Source: a virus
Length of the DNA: 64,000 nucleotides
IMG/VR virus record: IMGVR_UViG_3300009345_000003
Span: 1 to 64,000 of that record
Strand: one strand, 5' to 3'
A program made the position numbers and the translations under genes. Shown piece after piece: positions 58,276 to 64,000 of this stretch; the stretch's first letter is position 1; each line of letters begins with the position of its first letter. The notes beneath the pieces are model-generated. The model was given only the letters and a program-made list of their open reading frames with translations. It ran no database searches and was not told where the DNA came from.

Positions 58276-58752
58276 TTAGTAGTTTCTGACACCGTAACCA
58301 CAGATGTGCAAAGCATCTGCTAGACCATCTTTCCTACCCACATTAATACCTGGGTAGTGCTTCTCAGCCAAGGCTATTGAATTATCCTTAATAATCTTTC
58401 GTTTCATACCTTTAGCCATCTTTTTAGCTGGTACAAGCCCTGGTAACTGTTTCTGCCAATGATTCGGCCTGATTTCATATGTTGTAAACTTCAAAGCTAT
58501 ACAAAAAGCCTCAATATTACCGTAGTGTTGGAGATATGTTCCAGCTGATTTTATTCCTTGATTAGGCAGCGTCTGTGCTTTTTCAAGGATAGCAATCTTA
58601 CGACCTGAAAGTTTATAATATTTATAGAAAACATGTAAAATACCTAAAGGAGTAGGCGGCATTAAAGTCACCTCGTATCTACCATCAATACACGCGGCAA
58701 TAGCCCCTTGTTTACCAGGGTCTATGCCGAGATAAATCTTCCGCATAAGCAA
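58276..58752 (-). CDS. RuvC-like Holliday junction resolvase
   Basis: YLGIDPGKQGAIA, ILEK, P..WQK, DGLADAL. Confidence 0.88.
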   Translation of the reverse strand: MLMRKIYLGIDPGKQGAIAACIDGRYEVTLMPPTPLGILHVFYKYYKLSGRKIAILEKAQTLPNQGIKSAGTYLQHYGNIEAFCIALKFTTYEIRPNHWQKQLPGLVPAKKMAKGMKRKIIKDNSIALAEKHYPGINVGRKDGLADALHICGYGVRNY

Positions 58753-58776
58753 TCCTTATTTTTTTGTATATGTCTA

Positions 58777-58805
58777 CTATTATGTTACGTACTAAAAGAT
58801 GTCAA
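58777..58805 (-). promoter_or_regulatory. sigma70-type promoter of the recombination/replication operon
   Basis: TTGACA-N17-TAATAG. Confidence 0.65.
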
Positions 58806-58806
58806 T

Positions 58807-58886
58807 AAAAAAAAGCCGCGATGGTAGTAGATGAGAACCACAGCAGCTTTTTTTATACACCCATACATGGAGCTAACATGCGGGTA
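58807..58886 (-). ncRNA. candidate sRNA C (anti-GGAGCTAACATG hairpin plus terminator)
   Basis: Promoter TTGACT-N17-TATACA (58920-58892); hairpin carrying CAUGUUAGCUCC; terminator ending in U8. Confidence 0.65.
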
Positions 58887-58924
58887 AGATATGTATATAA
58901 TCCATTACCTTGTTAGTCAAGATA

Positions 58925-59014
58925 ATAGTTGATTCCAGGCACATCGAAAGAGGAAATCTAAAAAGGAGTTAAAAATAAACCCCTCTCGATGCGCCACAAC
59001 TTAACAGTATCAAC
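58925..59014 (-). ncRNA. candidate sRNA B (long hairpin with UUUUUAACUCCUUUU loop)
   Basis: Promoter TTGACA-N17-TATACA (59047-59019); stem GGCGCAUCGAGAG/CUUUCGAUGUGCC with G-U pairs. Confidence 0.65.
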
Positions 59015-59053
59015 TATGTGTATAGGTACGCATGACTTATTTGTCAAGATTTT

Positions 59054-59158
59054 AAAAGAATAAATCCTGGATACCGAAGCAGCCAGGATTTAAACTGAAA
59101 AATAAACACACATTTTGCAAAAAAGGATTTAGCTAATAAACACTAAATGTGCCTACAA
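59054..59158 (-). ncRNA. candidate sRNA A
   Basis: Promoter TTGCTT-N17-TACTAT with TG (59192-59164); 5' hairpin, single-stranded linker, UUCG terminator hairpin 59061-59092. Confidence 0.6.
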
Positions 59159-59205
59159 AACATATAGTACACAGTAGTAATTAAAAAAGCAAGCAAAAAA
59201 ATCCA

Positions 59206-59234
59206 TTGACAGCTAATTAAATTAAGTATACTTC
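59206..59234 (+). promoter_or_regulatory. promoter for the 957-aa gene
   Basis: TTGACA followed by TATACT/TACTTC at 15/17 nt. Confidence 0.55.
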
Positions 59235-59276
59235 TAGAGGCGAAAAATCATTAATATAATGCACATTTATTAAAAA

Positions 59277-62150
59277 ATGTTTGTTAAAAGGAACCACGCT
59301 ATGAACAACTTAATGCCGTACGAACTAAATGCAATAATTAATAATAACTGTTTCAGAACTTTTAGAGCTGCACTGTACGCTTCATACAACCCGGCCAATT
59401 CCATAGCGCGTGACAAGAACACAACTCACAGCCAGCATATAGTTAAAAAAATGTATAGTTTAAGCAAGATGGCCAAAGTCCATTTGGCTATACTTGACAT
59501 GCCTATGCCTCTTCAAGCCTGTTTATCCTTGATAGGGATCATTAATTATATAAATCCAAAGTCCGAAACCAAAGAACGTGGAAACTGCTATGCTAAACGT
59601 CAAACTCTCATTGATGACTACCTACATTGCACAGCAGCCATCAGCCGCAGAGCTACTAACTACCTAAAGGATAATGGCTACGTAAAGTCCTACAAAGTAT
59701 ACATGTCTACAGACAGGTACACACCCTTATGGACAAATAATTACCTTCACAGTGATCACTTACGTCACAAGCAGCCTATCCCTAAAGTAGGTGCTAGAGT
59801 CGTTAATCTAGACACTCATTTGAAATACATGACCCTGCCCAAACTATTTTTTAAATCCAAAGTCATATCTAATAATGCCAAGTATTGGTTCATGCAATTA
59901 CTTAAAAAGCAGATGCATGAGTCTGTCAGGTTCATTAACCCTAAAGAAGGGAAAGGATATGTTACAAAAAAAGGCGAGTATAAAGAAGCGCGTCTTGAAA
60001 ACGTAATTAAAGAACTTGAACGTTTAGACTTAGTTGAATTTAAAGTATTCACGTCTCATAAAATGAAGTTCAAAGTAAGAACGTTCGCAGGTGTTTATCT
60101 TAGGCTCAAATTAGCAGAAGCAGGTAGGCTAAATAGCGACACCATTAAGAAGCTTAGATCAATGGAACCTACCTGGGATATGTTGGCAGAATCAGAATTA
60201 CTAGCTGGTTTCACAGCCGGTGGGTTAAACATTGCGTACGCGCCAGTCATGGATAAATTAAATGAGCAAGACCCTAAAAGCTCTTACCTCAAGCCGCATT
60301 TTGAATACTTGGAAGTTCCATATAATGTACCTGATGTCATCGACACTAGGGTAAATGAAGTCACACAAAGAATTTGTATGGGTTACCTGATCTCTGAGCA
60401 GTTGAAGCAGCAAGCAGGCAACCCGGAAGGTTACTTTGTAATTAATCAGACAGATATGCGTAAAGCCCTTGGTTATGGCCAGAACACAGTTACTGAATTC
60501 ATTAATGATTATGTACGCCACGACTTATTGGAAAAACTACATACTTCCACTAAATATGGGACAGTTTTGCGCTTCAAATACAATGAAAAAATACAGCGTA
60601 CTAGTAAGGGCACCATGCACCGCTTAAATGATGGTAAGTTCAAAGAACCTGAACATGGCGCGCCATATCAATATTCAGACGTTTACAGAACCGTTAGGTT
60701 GCCAAAAATTCTACTCATCAACGGCGTACTCAATGTGAAGGCGATTATTAGTGGCTGGATGGCAGCATACATGCAAGAATTCACTACCAGGAGTAAGAAG
60801 CTGACGATCACTGAGGTGTCTAGACGCATAGGTATCAAAAAAGAAAACATAATCAAAGCAATCAATGAATTACATAAGTTTGGTTTCGTCAGAAAAAAAA
60901 TAGTTAGTAAGGATCAATATAAGTTTCTCCACATGAATAATTACCAAATGCACCGATTGATCTGCCAAAAGGTTAAATCGTATAAACTATTGTCGCCGTT
61001 TACATTTTTTTTAGGAAACGTTGATGGTGTGACAAAAAAAGACTTAAATTTCAAACTAGACATAAACGGTATGAACCCGGAAGCGGCAAATACAGTACAA
61101 CAATTTTTTATTTCTTACGAAATAAATAAACTATATAAACACTCCCCCGTAAAGGAGGAGGGGTCTTCGCCCAGAGAGGTTAGTACTCTCTGGAAATCCT
61201 CAGTCCAGACTTGCTTTGCTTCGCAGCAATCTCCTACCAACTTCGTTGGATCAGATAGGATAGACATCCAATCTTTAGAAGATAGCCAGCAAATCTTTAA
61301 CGTAGTTCAGTCTATTCAGACTAGTCACAACCTTTGTAAATCACAGGATACATCTATTCCTTTAGTAGATATGTCAAAGACAGAGATGGAGCAGTCCACA
61401 GCTGACAAAAAGCAAAAAAATGAAAAACAACTCACGAGTTCTGACGATACCCTTAGTAGGACATCAGAAAAGAGTAAAAAGAAAAGCAGGCGTAAAAATA
61501 GGGCTAAGAAACATGGTTCTAGCAGCATAATACAACTAGACAAACTGGTTTGTTTAATGTCTGATCCTAAATATTCTACTGCCGACTTTGGAAGTATGGG
61601 TAAAAAGAAAATTTGTGGTACTTTGAGTGAAGCTTATTCAGTTTTTGGTGCTGCTGTTTCTCACCTGCTTGTGAGTGGCACTAAGAATATTAAGAAGAGA
61701 GAAAAGGCTAAAGCTTTGGCTAAGAAACTTACAAATAAGCAGCTTCTTACTATGTTGCGTAATTACATGGGTAAGTGCCGTAACGGCTATAAAGCCCTTA
61801 TGCGCTATATTTTGTGTATGGCCTCCAACTATTGTGGTCGTGATGATTTCACGTTTGATTTTATACAAGCTACTACTATGTGCCTCAAAGGTATTTTACA
61901 AACTGGCGGTGCTACTGATTTTCAGGTGTTACGTGATAAGCTAACCGAAGTTGGTGGTGATGTTGTAGCTGGTGATGTGAAGTTTACAAAAACTGATTTG
62001 TTTAAAACAATTAAAGAATTAGATAAGTTGGAATACTATGGTGATGACAATGTATCTGACGCTCTCCTAGATCAATTGGATTTATATAAAAATTCTCTTG
62101 TAATAGTTCGTAAAGAGCATTTGTACTATAACATGCAGGGTGTTTGCTAA
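59277..62150 (+). CDS. large multi-winged-helix protein, probable replication initiator
   Basis: Several HTH-like segments (e.g. ITEVSRRIGIKKENIIKAINELHKFGFV; QTDMRKALGYGQNTV), duplicated LPK motif, Ser/Lys-rich linker. Confidence 0.6.
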   Translation: MFVKRNHAMNNLMPYELNAIINNNCFRTFRAALYASYNPANSIARDKNTTHSQHIVKKMYSLSKMAKVHLAILDMPMPLQACLSLIGIINYINPKSETKERGNCYAKRQTLIDDYLHCTAAISRRATNYLKDNGYVKSYKVYMSTDRYTPLWTNNYLHSDHLRHKQPIPKVGARVVNLDTHLKYMTLPKLFFKSKVISNNAKYWFMQLLKKQMHESVRFINPKEGKGYVTKKGEYKEARLENVIKELERLDLVEFKVFTSHKMKFKVRTFAGVYLRLKLAEAGRLNSDTIKKLRSMEPTWDMLAESELLAGFTAGGLNIAYAPVMDKLNEQDPKSSYLKPHFEYLEVPYNVPDVIDTRVNEVTQRICMGYLISEQLKQQAGNPEGYFVINQTDMRKALGYGQNTVTEFINDYVRHDLLEKLHTSTKYGTVLRFKYNEKIQRTSKGTMHRLNDGKFKEPEHGAPYQYSDVYRTVRLPKILLINGVLNVKAIISGWMAAYMQEFTTRSKKLTITEVSRRIGIKKENIIKAINELHKFGFVRKKIVSKDQYKFLHMNNYQMHRLICQKVKSYKLLSPFTFFLGNVDGVTKKDLNFKLDINGMNPEAANTVQQFFISYEINKLYKHSPVKEEGSSPREVSTLWKSSVQTCFASQQSPTNFVGSDRIDIQSLEDSQQIFNVVQSIQTSHNLCKSQDTSIPLVDMSKTEMEQSTADKKQKNEKQLTSSDDTLSRTSEKSKKKSRRKNRAKKHGSSSIIQLDKLVCLMSDPKYSTADFGSMGKKKICGTLSEAYSVFGAAVSHLLVSGTKNIKKREKAKALAKKLTNKQLLTMLRNYMGKCRNGYKALMRYILCMASNYCGRDDFTFDFIQATTMCLKGILQTGGATDFQVLRDKLTEVGGDVVAGDVKFTKTDLFKTIKELDKLEYYGDDNVSDALLDQLDLYKNSLVIVRKEHLYYNMQGVC

Positions 62151-62166
62151 CGTACTAACTTAAAAA

Positions 62167-62526
62167 ATGGAGCTAATAATGGTTGTAGATAATCCTAGCG
62201 AAATGCTGGAACGATGCCTTACCAATTTGGAAGTAGGTGTTTTGCATAAAGTCACACCTGATTTAAAGGCTTACATTCGTAAAGCTATTATACAAAAAAA
62301 ATTTTACTTAACTGAAAACAATCAGACAATACGTGCCGATTTATACGCCATAGGGGTAGGTGCAACATTTACTTTGGAAGATTTTATAATCTTATTAACT
62401 GATAACGCACATGTATTTTACGACGATGCACGAATTAGCAATGATAAAGTTATGCGTAGCACTGTAAATGATATCTTTACGTATCTCTTTGGCATCACAT
62501 ATGATGAAATACTGGAAGGAGCATAA
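62167..62526 (+). CDS. hypothetical protein
   Basis: 119-aa ORF; start may be 62179 after GGAG. Confidence 0.7.
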   Translation: MELIMVVDNPSEMLERCLTNLEVGVLHKVTPDLKAYIRKAIIQKKFYLTENNQTIRADLYAIGVGATFTLEDFIILLTDNAHVFYDDARISNDKVMRSTVNDIFTYLFGITYDEILEGA

Positions 62527-62550
62527 AAAAAGGGCGGCTTTTAAACCGCC
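62525..62550 (-). terminator. terminator between convergent genes
   Basis: GGGCGG/CCGCCC stem with T tract on the minus strand. Confidence 0.75.
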
Positions 62551-62580
62551 CAATACACTTATACGTACGGATGACAGGCC

Positions 62581-62928
62581 TTAGCTATCTTCCTGGTATC
62601 GCGTAGAGTCTTTCAGTTCATCGTTGAACTTTTTGCAGAACTTCAGGCTGTAACGCTTTTTTGGCTGAGTCATGATCTTCCCGCCATTAAACGGATTGCG
62701 CCTTTCACCACCAGATGTAAGTCCAGGCTTTAGCGTACAGAAATCGCCAAGCTTAATCTCAGCATGGTTAGTCACTGCTTCGTGTTTAATTACATCTATA
62801 GCAGCTTTGATAACCTTTTCAGCAGTATTTACAGGTACATTCACTTCTTCTGCTGCGACCTTAGCCAAGTCTTTTACATACACTTTCTTACCAGAAGGCG
62901 GGTATGCTGTTTTAACAGTTTCACTCAT
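62581..62928 (-). CDS. HU/IHF-like DNA-binding protein
   Basis: EIKLGDF.TL......R.NPFNG..I...PK....K. Confidence 0.88.
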   Translation of the reverse strand: MSETVKTAYPPSGKKVYVKDLAKVAAEEVNVPVNTAEKVIKAAIDVIKHEAVTNHAEIKLGDFCTLKPGLTSGGERRNPFNGGKIMTQPKKRYSLKFCKKFNDELKDSTRYQEDS

Positions 62929-62939
62929 TACTTGTCTCC

Positions 62940-63257
62940 TTAATCGACGATAGCGCCGAAGTTTTTATATGTTTCCAGCATTGCTGGGACATTAGCGTTG
63001 TAGATGTCCAGGGCCTTATCCAGTAAATCATATTCTTGCATAATCATTTTGTTGCTAACTTCTACCGCAGGGTAAAAGAAAATAGGCGGATGATAAGGGA
63101 CAGCCATAAACGTAAGATGTGCTTGTCCGTTTTCATCTTCTTGTTTAAAAGGTGTGAAAATTAGTACTTCTGTAAAACCTCCTGGTACTTTACGTCCAGC
63201 AGCAACTTCACCACTCAGTAAGCGGATACCTTTGATGATAGGCTTATCATCACTCAT
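62940..63257 (-). CDS. hypothetical protein, possibly Sm-like fold
   Basis: AGGAG RBS; IRLLSGE...PY.P......V....I......Y pattern like phage Sm-like proteins. Confidence 0.55.
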   Translation of the reverse strand: MSDDKPIIKGIRLLSGEVAAGRKVPGGFTEVLIFTPFKQEDENGQAHLTFMAVPYHPPIFFYPAVEVSNKMIMQEYDLLDKALDIYNANVPAMLETYKNFGAIVD

Positions 63258-63607
63258 TACTTTTTTCTCCTTGTCGGTTTGAACACCCACCGTTTCCCAG
63301 CAGGTATTTCTATATGCTTTTTTAATTTAGGGTTCCACATAATTCTAGAGTTTACTTCAACTTTGTGAAGTACTCCTAAATTTGGAACTCTAATGCATTC
63401 TCCTGTACTACATATTTCATCACAAAAAGACGCAAATAATTTATACATAGTATCATAGCGATCATTACCAGCGTCAATTGTACTTACATCTAAAAATTGA
63501 AATAATTGCACCCAATCATCTTTGCATTTTAAATTTGCAGGTACTTTAACATCGGTGGAGCGTAGAATTTTCTGCAATGTTTTTGTGATATCTAATGTTT
63601 TCGTCAT
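63257..63607 (-). CDS. divergent HU/IHF-like protein
   Basis: GE.IRVPNLG.......R...NPK....IEIPA.....FKP. Confidence 0.8.
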   Translation of the reverse strand: MTKTLDITKTLQKILRSTDVKVPANLKCKDDWVQLFQFLDVSTIDAGNDRYDTMYKLFASFCDEICSTGECIRVPNLGVLHKVEVNSRIMWNPKLKKHIEIPAGKRWVFKPTRRKK

Positions 63608-63639
63608 AATCTGAACTCCGTTTACGACCTAATGTACGG

Positions 63640-63706
63640 TTACACTGCCTAAATCAACTAAACTTGTCAACCTATTTATTGACATACGCTTCGTAAGATA
63701 ATACTA
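63640..63706. promoter_or_regulatory. back-to-back divergent promoters
   Basis: TTGACA on minus (63669-63664) and on plus (63678-63683, N17 TACTAC). Confidence 0.55.
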
Positions 63707-63741
63707 CTGTACTTCCAGTTATTACATATAAAGGAGAAGAC

Positions 63742-64000
63742 ATGTTACCCACGCTATATACTGCTGATTTGCACGTGCACACGAGAAAGAAAGAGCCTTC
63801 TCGTATAGATGAATTAACGGCGTTAATTAAAAAACTGAATACACTTAGGATAAACTTCGGGTATAAACAGCTTGTGATTGCTGGCGACTTATCTGATGGG
63901 GGTTCATCTTTATCCATAGCATCCGTACTACTTTTAGGTAAATTGTTTAAGAAATTTGATAAAGTGTACTTACTTGAAGGTAATCACGATACACCAGTGA
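63742..64000 (+). CDS. metallophosphoesterase (Mre11/SbcD-like nuclease), truncated by window end
   Basis: Not in the ORF track; AAGGAG RBS, MLPTLYTADLHVH...IAGDLSD...LLEGNHD. Confidence 0.88.
   Translation, partial: MLPTLYTADLHVHTRKKEPSRIDELTALIKKLNTLRINFGYKQLVIAGDLSDGGSSLSIASVLLLGKLFKKFDKVYLLEGNHDTPV

Noticed and set aside
58878-58916. Plus-strand mini-ORF MRVRYVYNPLPC after GGAGCTAAC
   Set aside because: Only 12 codons, runs through a minus-strand promoter, and G-U pairs favour the minus-strand RNA; not fully excluded
58800-59210. CRISPR mini-array
   Set aside because: Units share architecture but no repeated sequence; no cas genes in the window
1030-63917. Many antisense or nested ORFs in the track (e.g. 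2354..2776, 32226..32642, 52072..52521, 54252..54737, 63672..63917)
   Set aside because: Shadows of well-supported genes on the other strand or frame
1-64000. Stop-codon reassignment, prompted by CUA in the tRNA loop
   Set aside because: Long genes are intact in code 11 and several end at TAG followed by a terminator or the next gene (e.g. 1660, 12301, 34162)

Overview
This window is part of a large, AT-rich tailed dsDNA phage genome; no integrase or repressor is seen. It has three blocks. (1) A rightward arm (about 717-31741) of about 70 densely packed, mostly hypothetical early-type genes, with many internal paralogs, two pentapeptide-repeat proteins, an SNF2-like helicase, dCMP deaminase, an RdgC-like protein and a 3D-domain protein. 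(2) A leftward arm (about 58752-31782) with a RuvC-like resolvase, RecA/UvsX, SSB, primase-helicase, a UDG-fused family A DNA polymerase, tRNA-Leu, ThyX, kinases, an Nmad5-like protein, and a portal plus scaffold pair with no terminase or capsid gene beside it. (3) A right end with a 957-aa probable replication initiator, two HU/IHF-like genes and a truncated metallophosphoesterase. The most striking unexplained signal is non-coding. At 58800-59210 there are three tandem promoter-hairpin units on the minus strand that appear to encode small RNAs. Their exposed segments are complementary to extended ribosome-binding motifs (GGAGCTAAC[ATG], AAGGAGTTAA) that recur at many of the phage's own gene starts. 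Several other G-U-supported structured RNAs (47707-48080, 44491-44593, 43864-43996, 37940-38120) match no family I can recognise. All protein calls come from motif recognition by eye; no searches were run.
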